Assembly (NCBI GenBank): GCA_965223705.1
Contig: OZ245015.1
Span: 96,001 to 160,000, forward strand
DNA length: 64,000 bases
Direction of reading: 5' to 3'
Source: Myxococcota bacterium
Lineage (GTDB): Bacteria > Myxococcota_A > UBA9160 > UBA6930
This document shows positions 9,848-18,651 of this stretch, in pieces. Numbering within the stretch: position 1 is the first letter of the stretch; every line of letters starts with the position of its first letter. Both the position numbers and the translations under genes were made by a program. The notes under the pieces are model-generated. The model saw only the letters and a list, made by a program, of their open reading frames with translations, ran no database searches and was not told the origin of the DNA.

Positions 9848-10096
9848 TTAGCTGCGAAGCCGGCGGTACAGAAACAGCAGCAGGACGGCGCCCGCAACGG
9901 CGATCGCCAGGCTGCCGAGGTTGAAACCGGTCACCGGACCCAAGCCGACCATTGAGCCGAGGAATCCGCCGACCACCGCTCCCGCAATCCCGAGCCCCGT
10001 CGTGACCAGCAAACCACCCGGGTCTTTGCCGGGCATCACGAGCTTCGCAACCGCGCCGACCACCAGGCCCAGAATGATCCAAGAAAGAATTCCCAT
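9848..10096 (-). CDS. GlsB/YeaQ/YmgE family stress-response membrane protein
   Basis: WIILGLVVGAVAKLVMPG, GIAGAVVGG; GAGGAGG RBS. Confidence 0.93.
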   Translation of the reverse strand: MGILSWIILGLVVGAVAKLVMPGKDPGGLLVTTGLGIAGAVVGGFLGSMVGLGPVTGFNLGSLAIAVAGAVLLLFLYRRLRS

Positions 10097-10123
10097 GCCG
10101 CCTCCTCGTAAGCGCCTAACGTA

Positions 10124-10513
10124 TCACGGCTGGGCGGCGTCGAGGCGAACCGGCACGGAGCCCTCGCCGTCGCGCATGAGGCTGATCAGGGCGTCCGCCC
10201 AACCGTACTTTTCCCGCATGAGAGCGTGGATTCGCTCGCGACGCGCCGGCCGTCGGTCCGGCGTCGCGCGGTACGAGGCGGCCGCGCCACCGCGTTCGAC
10301 CGTGACGGTGCCGCCTTCCCCGATCCGACCGAGCCAGGCCGCACCGGGAGTGCCCGCGCGCAACCACAGTGCGCCGTCGTCTTCAACGACCCAGAGCCGG
10401 GTACGGTGCTCGCCGGTATCGAGGGCGACCACTTCGCCGCCGAGTTCAGACGCCGCAAAGATGAACAGGACGAATGCGAAGACGATCGCAATCGCGATTC
10501 CGACCCACTTCAT
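10124..10513 (-). CDS. Membrane-anchored Ddn/nitroreductase-like split beta-barrel protein
   Basis: N-terminal TM; TRLWVV...LWLRAG...WLGRI...REKYG...PVRL pattern. Confidence 0.65.
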   Translation of the reverse strand: MKWVGIAIAIVFAFVLFIFAASELGGEVVALDTGEHRTRLWVVEDDGALWLRAGTPGAAWLGRIGEGGTVTVERGGAAASYRATPDRRPARRERIHALMREKYGWADALISLMRDGEGSVPVRLDAAQP

Positions 10514-10540
10514 GGTCCGGAGGGTAGCGCTCCGGCTCGA

Positions 10541-10750
10541 CTATTCGCCGAGAAGTCGCTTCGTACGCGCTTCAGACTCTTCGACGGAGCGCTGTACGGC
10601 GCTCTCGGCGCGCTCCAGGGTCGTCTTCGGCGACGCATCAGCGGTCTCAGCGGCCGATCCGCCGAGCCACGTCGGAAGGTTTCCGGTGTAGCCCTCGACG
10701 GCCAGCCAAATCGCGGCGGCGATGCAGAGAAAACCCAGTGCTTTGACCAT
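10541..10750 (-). CDS. Small hypothetical membrane protein
   Basis: GGAGG RBS, N-terminal TM, co-oriented with neighbours. Confidence 0.6.
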   Translation of the reverse strand: MVKALGFLCIAAAIWLAVEGYTGNLPTWLGGSAAETADASPKTTLERAESAVQRSVEESEARTKRLLGE

Positions 10751-10758
10751 GGTGCCTC

Positions 10759-11310
10759 CTACGGGGCACTCTTCGGCGAAGCGGTGCCTTCGCGTGAGGG
10801 AGCCGCGTCACCGTTCCCCGGGGTCCCCAAGAGTTGGTCGAGGACGCGCTGGCCGGTTTCGCGAGCGGACTCGCCCATCTTGCGGAGCGCTTCCCCCGCC
10901 TTCTCGGAAACGCGCGCAGAGAGGTCCGGAACTCCGGCGACGCGGCTTCCCGAAGGCAGCGGCGGAGAGAGGTCATCCGCGACTTCGACCCGAACGTGCG
11001 GCGTTCCCAGAATGCCGGCGCCGTCGACGACGAACCGATCGTCGCGGCGCAAAACCACCTCTTCGCTATCGAAGGCCAAGGTGAGTTGGACCTGTGCAGG
11101 ACCAGCCGTTTCCGCTTGCCGCAGCCCTTTCGCTTCAACGCGTCCGACGGGGACACCGCGATAGACCACGGGGGCGCCCACTTCGACGTCGACTTCGTGA
11201 GGGAAGGTGACATAGATTCGTGTCGTCACGGGTCGGTAGGGCAGCCACTCGTAGTGAAACGCCGCCCAAACGCCGAGTGCGGCCACGACGACAAGGGCTC
11301 GCAGAATCAC
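10759..11310 (-). CDS. MlaD/MCE domain protein
   Basis: TM followed by GAPVVYRGVPVGRV and GILG motifs; GTGA overlap with upstream GST stop. Confidence 0.82.
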   Translation of the reverse strand: MILRALVVVAALGVWAAFHYEWLPYRPVTTRIYVTFPHEVDVEVGAPVVYRGVPVGRVEAKGLRQAETAGPAQVQLTLAFDSEEVVLRRDDRFVVDGAGILGTPHVRVEVADDLSPPLPSGSRVAGVPDLSARVSEKAGEALRKMGESARETGQRVLDQLLGTPGNGDAAPSREGTASPKSAP

Positions 11311-11957
11311 GAACGCCGATAAGCGGGGTCGTCGAGACCCGGCATGGTCAGAAAACCCGGCAAGCTTCGGAATCGCTCGATCCAGGCACAGACGGCCGGG
11401 TACGGCGACAGCGGCACGTCTCCCATCGGTGCGAGAGCGATGTACGGAAAGCACGCGATATCGGCGACCGTGGCATCCGCGCCCACCAACCACGAACGCT
11501 CTCGCAGGTGCGCGTCGAGAATTTCGAGGGACCGGCGACCGCGCGTCTGGCCTTCTGTCGCCGATACCGGGAACTCAAACGGCAACCCGTTTGCCATCAT
11601 GCCGAAGGACACGGCCGCGCGAGCCGTGAAGACGCCGTACTGAATCCAACTCGCCGCGAAAGCCAGCCACTCGAGCACCGCACATTCGAGGCCGAGCTCT
11701 TCGGGCAGCCAACGCCTCTCGGAATCGTAGCTGCGTGCCAGATAGACCAAGATCGCCATCGAATCCCGAAGCACGATGTCGTCGTCGACGAGAACCGGCA
11801 CTTCCCCGCGCGGGTTGATCGCGAGAAACGCTTCGCCGCGCTGCTCGGCTTCCAGGAGATCGACGTGCTCGGATTCGTAGGGAAGCTCGAGAAACGACAG
11901 CAGCAGTCGGACCTTATGGCTGTTGCCGGATTCCGGATGTTCGTAGAGTCGGATCAC
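11307..11957 (-). CDS. Glutathione S-transferase family protein
   Basis: SGNSHKVRL, NPRGEVPVL, DSMAILVYLA, TVADIA. Confidence 0.93.
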   Translation of the reverse strand: MIRLYEHPESGNSHKVRLLLSFLELPYESEHVDLLEAEQRGEAFLAINPRGEVPVLVDDDIVLRDSMAILVYLARSYDSERRWLPEELGLECAVLEWLAFAASWIQYGVFTARAAVSFGMMANGLPFEFPVSATEGQTRGRRSLEILDAHLRERSWLVGADATVADIACFPYIALAPMGDVPLSPYPAVCAWIERFRSLPGFLTMPGLDDPAYRRS

Positions 11958-11958
11958 G

Positions 11959-12504
11959 CTACCAGTCCTCGCTTCCCGGGGCGCCCTTCACAGGCCCGCG
12001 GATTTCGTCCGTCAGCCAACCTGCGTAAAACCCGCCGGGCTGGGGCCTCACGCGTCGCCCATCGACGAAACACGCCACGCGTCCGGGGTAGAAACTCACG
12101 TAGTCGGCCAATGCGGAAAACTCGGGGAAGGGATGCGCGTAGGCCCAGGCCACCGGAGGCGTATCGCGCTCGAGGCCGTAGTAGTGCGCCTCGCCTTTCC
12201 ACTCGCAAAGAGATCGGCCCGGGAGGTCGACGAGGAGGTACAACGCGACGTCTCCCGGTGGCAGGTAGAACGTCGGCGGGCTCGCGGTCTCGAGCACCCG
12301 GAACGCCGCACCCGTCTCGGCCAGGCGTCGCGTCCCCGCTTCCACCCGGATGGGTTTTGCCACCGCTTCGAGACGAGGCGGTCGGGGATAGTCCCATACC
12401 GACTCTTCGCCGGCACCCGCGGGCTCGGCGAAGTCGGGCCGGCGATCGCCGCGATACCGCCAGCGAGCGCGAGCGGCTTCGAGCTTTGGATCCCCGAGCG
12501 TCAC
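11959..12504 (-). CDS. DUF427 domain protein
   Basis: ESVWDYPRPP, ETASPPTFYLP, CEWKG, PQPGGFYAGW. Confidence 0.9.
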   Translation of the reverse strand: MTLGDPKLEAARARWRYRGDRRPDFAEPAGAGEESVWDYPRPPRLEAVAKPIRVEAGTRRLAETGAAFRVLETASPPTFYLPPGDVALYLLVDLPGRSLCEWKGEAHYYGLERDTPPVAWAYAHPFPEFSALADYVSFYPGRVACFVDGRRVRPQPGGFYAGWLTDEIRGPVKGAPGSEDW

Positions 12505-13028
12505 GACGACGGATACTTGAGGAGTTCTTGCTCGGAAGCCCCCTCGGCCCGGCGCGCGAGGAGCGCCTCGGGGTCGTAGCGAGCGCCGATCGGGTTCGTC
12601 GCAAACGCTTCGCCTTGGATAAACGCCGTGGCCTCGGCCTTTGATTCAAAACAGTCCACCTGGAACTCGACGCCATTGCCATCGGGATCCCGGTAGTACA
12701 TCGAGAGTGTCAACCCGTGGTGGATGCACCAATAAGGTTCGAGGTCCCTCTCGCGAAGGCGCTCGTACTGATCGAGGAGCGCGTGTGCGGAAGGCACGGT
12801 AAACGCCGCGTGATCGAAACCGACCGCGTCTCCTTCGCCTTCCTTCGCGGGGACACCCATCGCATCGAGGTTTGCGATCGCAAAACGGTGGTGTTCGTCA
12901 TCATGCGACAGGAACGCGAGTTTTTCGTCGCGATGTTGAACGCGAGCCTCGAACACCAAGCGATACCAATCCACCATCTGTTCGAACTTTCGCGTCCGGA
13001 ACACGACGTGCGCGAGCTTCGCTTCCAT
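12501..13028 (-). CDS. VOC family protein (extradiol dioxygenase-like)
   Basis: LAHVVF, DEHHR, DHAAF, HGLTLSMYYRDPDGNGVEFQ; GGAGG RBS. Confidence 0.9.
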   Translation of the reverse strand: MEAKLAHVVFRTRKFEQMVDWYRLVFEARVQHRDEKLAFLSHDDEHHRFAIANLDAMGVPAKEGEGDAVGFDHAAFTVPSAHALLDQYERLRERDLEPYWCIHHGLTLSMYYRDPDGNGVEFQVDCFESKAEATAFIQGEAFATNPIGARYDPEALLARRAEGASEQELLKYPSS

Positions 13029-13058
13029 GGCCGTCCTCCCTCGGCCTATGATACACGC

Positions 13059-13685
13059 GTGGACCGCTCCCCGACCGATTTCACACTCGACGATCCCCGC
13101 GAGCTCGCTCGTTACGGCGGTTGGACCGAAGACGTCTACCGCGATTTCGACGCGCTCTCGCGAGGGACGTTGCGGCGCGAAGATTTTGACGCGCGCTACT
13201 TGGAAACGCGTGCCGTCCTCGTGCTCGACCTCACGGGATTTACCGAGGCAGCACGACAAGATCCGCTGGAAAGTCTGCTGCGTATCTTCGAGGCCAGGAA
13301 GCTGTGCATCCCCGCGCTGCTCGGGCACGACGCGGCGTTCGTGCGCGCGTTCGCCGACGACTTGGTCGCTCTCTTCGCCCGCCCGGAACCCGCCCTCGAT
13401 GCGGCTCTCGAGATCCACCGCAGGCTCGCGATGCAGACCGACGGTGCGCGATCCCAGGCTTGTATTGGCCTCGGGTACGGAGAGATCTATGCCTTCGGCG
13501 CGAACCGCGCGATGGGCCTCGAAATGAACCTGACAAGCCGCCTGGGTGAGGACACCGCGAAGGGCGCCGAGACGTTGCTGACAGAAGGCGCCTACCGCGA
13601 ACTCGCATCGCGTCGAGACGTCTCCTTCGAGTCTCTGACCGACGGAAGCGCGTTTGCGTACTACCGCGTCACGCCGGCCTCGTGA
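13059..13685 (+). CDS. Stand-alone class III adenylate/guanylate cyclase domain protein
   Basis: VLVLDLTGFT (metal Asp), FADDLVALF, IGLGYG, GLEMNLTSRL. Confidence 0.8.
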   Translation: MDRSPTDFTLDDPRELARYGGWTEDVYRDFDALSRGTLRREDFDARYLETRAVLVLDLTGFTEAARQDPLESLLRIFEARKLCIPALLGHDAAFVRAFADDLVALFARPEPALDAALEIHRRLAMQTDGARSQACIGLGYGEIYAFGANRAMGLEMNLTSRLGEDTAKGAETLLTEGAYRELASRRDVSFESLTDGSAFAYYRVTPAS

Positions 13686-13692
13686 ACCGGGC

Positions 13693-14634
13693 CTAGCCAA
13701 AGCCTCCCGCAGTCGGGAGCGGGCGGAGCGGGGCCCTTGGGCCGCGCCTCGGCGGTGATGCCCCCACCTCGTGAATCCAACGCACGACGCGACCGCGCTG
13801 GCCGCGAAACGGCGCGAGCAGATCGAGCATCCGGGCATCGTCCGCGCGTTCTTCGCCGGCCAGGTTGTAGGCGACGATGTTGGGGAGGTGATAGTCACCG
13901 ACCGGAACCGCGTCGGGGTCCCCCAACGCGCGAAACGCGAGAGACTCCGCGGTCCAGGGACCGATCCCCGGGAGTTTTTGGAGGAGCGCTTTCGCTTCTG
14001 CGGGCGGCAGGTCGACCATGGCGTCGATGCGTTTCGCGCGCCAACCGATCTCGCGCAGCAGGGCGCCCTGACGGTAAGGCACGCCCAGCGGAGGGAATGC
14101 CGCTTCGGGAAGTTCGCGCAGCGTTTTCGGAGCCAGGGGAAGCCAGAGCGCGAGGGGCCCGGGCGCGGGTTCCGAGAAGTTGTGGACGAGGTTGCGCAAC
14201 GCGCGGGCGGCTTCCTTCCCGGTCACTTTTTGCTGCAGCACGACGACCACGAGCGCCTCCATCGGGCGATGCGTGCGCGGGAAGCGAGCGCCGGCTGCGC
14301 GCTTCGCCATCGCGCGCAGAGACGAAGGTGGCGTCCAGACGTGGGGATCGTCCGCTGCGCCGACGAGATCGGGAAGCCGATCGAGCAGCCAGTCGGCGCC
14401 GGCACCGAAGGCCTCTGCTACCACCGTTCCGGGAGCGTTGTTCGCGACTTCGATCGCGGCGGCGCCGTCGGGAGTTCGAGCCGCCATGGAAACGCGGGCC
14501 CCGACCCCGAAGGTGCCGCGGCCTCGTCGGACACGCATCGTGGGATCACCGAAACTCGCGCCCAAGGGCGCGAGCGTCCCGACGAGGTCGAGCGGGCCGA
14601 CGACGTCGAGTTGCCGCGTTTTGCTCGCGCTCAA
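13693..14634 (-). CDS. AlkA-like DNA-3-methyladenine glycosylase (HhH-GPD)
   Basis: VLQQKV, LPGIGPWTA helix-hairpin-helix, PVGD. Confidence 0.88.
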   Translation of the reverse strand: MSASKTRQLDVVGPLDLVGTLAPLGASFGDPTMRVRRGRGTFGVGARVSMAARTPDGAAAIEVANNAPGTVVAEAFGAGADWLLDRLPDLVGAADDPHVWTPPSSLRAMAKRAAGARFPRTHRPMEALVVVVLQQKVTGKEAARALRNLVHNFSEPAPGPLALWLPLAPKTLRELPEAAFPPLGVPYRQGALLREIGWRAKRIDAMVDLPPAEAKALLQKLPGIGPWTAESLAFRALGDPDAVPVGDYHLPNIVAYNLAGEERADDARMLDLLAPFRGQRGRVVRWIHEVGASPPRRGPRAPLRPLPTAGGFG

Positions 14635-14637
14635 ACG

Positions 14638-15183
14638 CTAGCCGCCGAGGAGCACTTCGGTGGGCGCGACTTCGGCGTAGGGAGAGGAGAGCGCCGACAT
14701 GAAAGCCGCGTGGACTTCGCCAGCGGGAAGTGTGCGCCCCTCGTAAGCGAGATCACGCGTCGCGCAGGCGTCACTTGCGACCCGGACGGCGAAACCGAGA
14801 TCGAACGCTGCGCGCGCGCTCGCGTCGACGCACATGTGGCTCATCGCCCCGCACACAGTCACCGTCGAGACATCGTCGGCGCGGAGTCTGTCCGCGAGGT
14901 CGGTCGCCCGAAACGCATTGGGGAAGTTCTTCGCGATCACCGCCTCAGAGTTGCTGGGCGCAACCGATCCGTGAATCTCGACGCCCGGAGTATCCGGGAC
15001 GAAGAAGGTCGCGCCCTCGCGCACTGAGAAGTGCTGAATGTGATAGATCGGGGCTCCGCGGGAGCGAAACGATTCGAGCAGGGCGGCGGCGCGACCCGCC
15101 GCAGCATCGATACCGACGAGCTCCATCGCCCCACCGGGGAAATAGTCGCGTTGGATATCGATCAGCAGCAATGCATCGGCCAT
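14638..15183 (-). CDS. Isochorismatase-family cysteine hydrolase
   Basis: LLLIDIQRDY, KxxPNAF, SHMCV catalytic triad; GGAGG RBS. Confidence 0.92.
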   Translation of the reverse strand: MADALLLIDIQRDYFPGGAMELVGIDAAAGRAAALLESFRSRGAPIYHIQHFSVREGATFFVPDTPGVEIHGSVAPSNSEAVIAKNFPNAFRATDLADRLRADDVSTVTVCGAMSHMCVDASARAAFDLGFAVRVASDACATRDLAYEGRTLPAGEVHAAFMSALSSPYAEVAPTEVLLGG

Positions 15184-15238
15184 GGCGCCTCCCTTGCGCA
15201 GTGAAGAAACGGTACCACGCGTTCGGTAAACTAGAGAC

Positions 15239-15718
15239 ATGCTGCGCAAGCGCCGAGCCGCCGTCGCCTTCTTCCTCGCTTGCGTGTGCGTCGTCTCGAT
15301 GGGGTGCCGAGATCCGCTCGACACGAAGCTCGAACCGGCGCCCGAGTACGGCCCGCAAGAAGTCGTGCGCATTCAGCTCGAAGCGCTGCGCAACAACGAC
15401 GATCAGGACCGAGGGATCGCGCTGGCATTCCGGTTTGCGTCCCCGGCGAATCGGAGAATCACCGGCCCGCTGCCGCGCTTTGCGCGCATGATCAAGGAAG
15501 AGCCGTACGACTTGATGCTTCACTACGAAGAGGCGCGCTTCGGACCGCTCGAGGAAGAGAGCAATAGTGCCCGGATGCGCGTGATGTTGATCGACGAGGG
15601 CGCGGTGCGACAGTACGTTTTTCAGCTGTCGCGCCGTCCGTTCGCGCCGTGCGAAGGCTGCTGGATGACCGACTCCGTTCTCGTCGACGAGTCTTCGACG
15701 CGAAAAATCTCGCTGTAG
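15239..15718 (+). CDS. DUF4864-like lipoprotein
   Basis: Lipobox SMGC; PQEVVRIQLEAL...AFRFASP...GCWMTDSV. Confidence 0.75.
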   Translation: MLRKRRAAVAFFLACVCVVSMGCRDPLDTKLEPAPEYGPQEVVRIQLEALRNNDDQDRGIALAFRFASPANRRITGPLPRFARMIKEEPYDLMLHYEEARFGPLEEESNSARMRVMLIDEGAVRQYVFQLSRRPFAPCEGCWMTDSVLVDESSTRKISL

Positions 15719-15726
15719 CTCCGTTT

Positions 15727-16389
15727 CTACTGCGTCGTCATCGCGCGCCCACTCGCCTTGACGAGGTCGGCTTTTCCGGGAGACGGCGGGACTTCGACGC
15801 CGCGCTGGCTCGCGGGCCGCGCGGCGATCGCCTCCATCCAGCGCTCGAGATGCGGTAGGCCTTCGACAGGAACGCGTGCCCAATAATGGCTGCGCACCCA
15901 GGACCAGTTCGCGATATCGGCGATGCTGTAGTCGCCGGCCAGGTATTCGCGATCCGCGAGCCGCGTGTTCAGCACTTCGTAGAGTCGGCGCGTTTCGTTG
16001 CAGTAGCGATCGATCGCCTGGGGAACCGGCTCGGGGAAGTAGCGCACAAAGACAACCGCCTGCCCTTGCATGGGACCGATTCCGGACATTTGAAACATCA
16101 ACCACTGCATCACTTCGTAGCGTCTGGCGGGATCCTTCGGCAGCAGCCGCCCGGTCTTCTCCGCGAGGTAGATCAGGATCGCACCGGACTCGAAGAGTGT
16201 GAGATCCAGCGCGTCGCGATCGACGATCACCGGGATTCGCCCGTTGGGATTCATCGCCAGGAACTCCGGCGTTTGTTGCTCGCCCTTCGAAAGGTCGATG
16301 TTGTGCACGGTGTAGGGCAGCTCGAGCTCCTCGAGCGCGATAGCGACTTTCCAGCCGTTCGGTGTCGGCGACGTGTAGAGATCGATCAA
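15727..16389 (-). CDS. GST-family disulfide-bond oxidoreductase (YfcG/YghU-like)
   Basis: [36 protein letters not shown] start after GGAGGAG. Confidence 0.93.
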   Translation of the reverse strand: MIDLYTSPTPNGWKVAIALEELELPYTVHNIDLSKGEQQTPEFLAMNPNGRIPVIVDRDALDLTLFESGAILIYLAEKTGRLLPKDPARRYEVMQWLMFQMSGIGPMQGQAVVFVRYFPEPVPQAIDRYCNETRRLYEVLNTRLADREYLAGDYSIADIANWSWVRSHYWARVPVEGLPHLERWMEAIAARPASQRGVEVPPSPGKADLVKASGRAMTTQ

Positions 16390-16414
16390 GAGAAGCTCCT
16401 CCGTCTCGGTGACC

Positions 16415-17119
16415 CTACCCGAACAGGGTGCGGGCGAGAACCGCCAGCGCAGAAAGCGTCGAGAGGCCGAGCACCGCCGGGCGCACGCCTTGCCGGTCGA
16501 TCCAGGCGGCACCCCAACGCGACGCCAGGAAACCACCGATCGCCCCGGGGAAGAGGAGCGACGCTCGGCCGATTTCCGCGGCTCCGAAACGGTCGATCCA
16601 GACGAGACCCGTCAGAGACAGCAAGGCTCCGAATACGAACATCGCCGCGAGGGTCCCGCGCATTCGCGGCCCCGTACTGTGCTGGTAGAGCAAGGCGAGA
16701 GGAGGACCGCCAATCGCGGAGATGGTTCCCATGAAACCCGACGCCGCGCCGGCTATGACGGAAGACACCGGCGTTGGCGAGATCCGCCACCCGCCCATAC
16801 TGAGCGCCACGCCGATTAGTACGAACGCGGCGAACATCACGTCGAACATGGCTGCGGTGATCTTCGCGAGCACAGCGATCGCGAGCGCCGTACCCGGTAC
16901 GCGGCCGAGCAATGCGAACATCACGCCTTCGAGATGGATCGATTTGCGTTCGCGGAACGCGACCAACGAGGTGAGAACGAGGGCGGTCGCCAACATCGGC
17001 CCGGGCAAGAAGCCGGAATCGAGAAGGAGAAGAATCGGCCCCGCGATCAGCACGAGGCCAAAGCCCACCGACGATTGAACGAACGCCGCGACAAACATCA
17101 CGCCGACGATGAGAGCCAA
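16415..17119 (-). CDS. Sulfite exporter TauE/SafE family protein
   Basis: VGFG, IGGPP motifs, about 8 TM helices; start uncertain. Confidence 0.88.
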   Translation of the reverse strand: MALIVGVMFVAAFVQSSVGFGLVLIAGPILLLLDSGFLPGPMLATALVLTSLVAFRERKSIHLEGVMFALLGRVPGTALAIAVLAKITAAMFDVMFAAFVLIGVALSMGGWRISPTPVSSVIAGAASGFMGTISAIGGPPLALLYQHSTGPRMRGTLAAMFVFGALLSLTGLVWIDRFGAAEIGRASLLFPGAIGGFLASRWGAAWIDRQGVRPAVLGLSTLSALAVLARTLFG

Positions 17120-17200
17120 CTCGAGAATCGCGAAATCGGTGAGGTGGAGCGTCAGGCCATGGCTCGTTCTGGTCGAGCCGGCGAGGTCGCGAGCTCCGAG

Positions 17201-17689
17201 CTAGACGGTAGCGCCTTCGCCGCGCTCAAAGAGCGCCTGCGTGCAGGGAAAGCGGTTGCGCACGTCGTCGATCGGCACCCGGGAGAACACTTCGCGAACG
17301 CGGTTGCCGAACATCGACATCGGGATGTAGAGCGCATCGTGCTCGACAGACAGCGTCTTTGTGGCGTGCCCCTTCGCGAGCGCGTCGTAATAGCGGATGC
17401 TGACGCGGGCCGGTCCACTGTCCGTAATCTCGAGCTCCTGGACGGGACTGCAGCGCCCCTCATAAACCGAGACACTTCGGCCTTCGTGATAGACGTGGAG
17501 GATGTTCCCGAACAGCTTCGGATCGCTGAGCAGGCGCCATTGCTCGTCGGTGAACTGGCCGTGGTCGAAGAGCTCGCCGAGCGTTCGACTGCGATCGGAC
17601 TGCCAGGCACCCGCCAGAATCGAGGCTTCCTCGCCCCAGGAGCAACCGAACATCGAGATCAGTAGGAGTGCCGTGAATCGCGCAGCCAT
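17201..17689 (-). CDS. Hypothetical lipoprotein
   Basis: Signal peptide with MFGC lipobox; LAGAWQSD motif. Confidence 0.6.
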   Translation of the reverse strand: MAARFTALLLISMFGCSWGEEASILAGAWQSDRSRTLGELFDHGQFTDEQWRLLSDPKLFGNILHVYHEGRSVSVYEGRCSPVQELEITDSGPARVSIRYYDALAKGHATKTLSVEHDALYIPMSMFGNRVREVFSRVPIDDVRNRFPCTQALFERGEGATV

Positions 17690-17760
17690 GCGCAGCCCAT
17701 CGGCAGGTTCGTCCGTAGGCTTGAGTTCGACCTACGCTTCTCGCTCGAGTGGCGGACGCG

Positions 17761-18471
17761 CTAGGCGACGACCAAACGGCTCTTTCGGGACGAAAGCCAG
17801 CCGAGCACGGAGAGACTCAGGCCGAGCATGACCGCTGTTGCGGGCTCGGGGGTCGTGGTCACGACCTGTGAAGTGAGCGTGGTCGAGCCCCCGTTGGCGT
17901 CCCACTCGCCATCCGTCCCCCAGCGAAGGCCCTGATTGCCCGTCGCCGTCGTCACGGAGAAGCCGATTCCGAAGAGTCCGCTACCGGTCCGGGCGGCTTC
18001 CATATCGGCGGCGGCCTGAGCGGACATGTTGAAGCTCAGCACCGTCCCGGCGTCGCCGGAGTTTGCGGTGACCGTCGCGTAGAGAGCGCCGTCTGCGAGA
18101 TCGGCGTAGATCGCCAAGCCGGCTGCGGAACCCGACCCGTAGCCGTTCTGGAGCGTGGTGAGATCGGAGGTAACGTCGCGCACTTCGAAGGTCTCAGACG
18201 CGTTCGGCCCCCAGTAGCTCTCGAGCTCGAGCTCGAGGGTGCCGCTCGAGATGGTTTCGGTGACGCTGCTCAAGTCGAACACCATGAACCCGCGGTACGT
18301 CGTTCCCGCCCATCGTCCGACGAAGGCGTTCTGAGATCCAGCGGTGTGACTTCCCGTGTCCGAGAACCAGCCGCGGTCGACGATTTGGATCGTTGCGGCG
18401 AAAGCACTGCCGGCCGAAAGTGTGGTCGCGAGGACAGCGAAGAAGAGTAGGCTTCGGAGTCTAAGAGTCAC
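17761..18471 (-). CDS. PEP-CTERM sorting domain-containing secreted protein
   Basis: Signal peptide (SAFA), Ser/Thr/Gly-rich body, C-terminal TPEP + TM + RKSR; GGAGG RBS before GTG 18471. Confidence 0.88.
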   Translation of the reverse strand: MTLRLRSLLFFAVLATTLSAGSAFAATIQIVDRGWFSDTGSHTAGSQNAFVGRWAGTTYRGFMVFDLSSVTETISSGTLELELESYWGPNASETFEVRDVTSDLTTLQNGYGSGSAAGLAIYADLADGALYATVTANSGDAGTVLSFNMSAQAAADMEAARTGSGLFGIGFSVTTATGNQGLRWGTDGEWDANGGSTTLTSQVVTTTPEPATAVMLGLSLSVLGWLSSRKSRLVVA

Positions 18472-18499
18472 TTTGATGACCTCCGTTCTGACACCCACT

Positions 18500-18570
18500 T
18501 CATTCGGGGTAAATCCACTCACACTTGAGTTTTTTGTTGCCTTTATCACCTTTTTTTTCAGTTTGAAACG
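18500..18570. promoter_or_regulatory. AT-rich intergenic tract upstream of the PEP-CTERM gene
   Basis: Runs of T6 and T8 in an otherwise GC-rich window, between divergent genes. Confidence 0.4.
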
Positions 18571-18651
18571 ACGCCTTCTCATCCGTCTCCGGCCGGCTGC
18601 CGCCCCGGTGCACGCGGGCCGATGCGGTGGCACATTTCCGCGGTGACTGAA

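Noticed and set aside
7710..9851. 713-aa plus-strand ORF and many other long antisense or alternate-frame ORFs (e.g. 5065-6408, 41293-42816, 43703-45070)
   Set aside because: They shadow well-supported genes on the opposite strand or frame, lack motifs, and are expected from high-GC codon bias.
18628..18642. Sigma-54 promoter TGGCAC...GC near the PEP-CTERM gene
   Set aside because: The GG-GC spacing is 9 nt rather than 10 and it points away from the PEP-CTERM gene.
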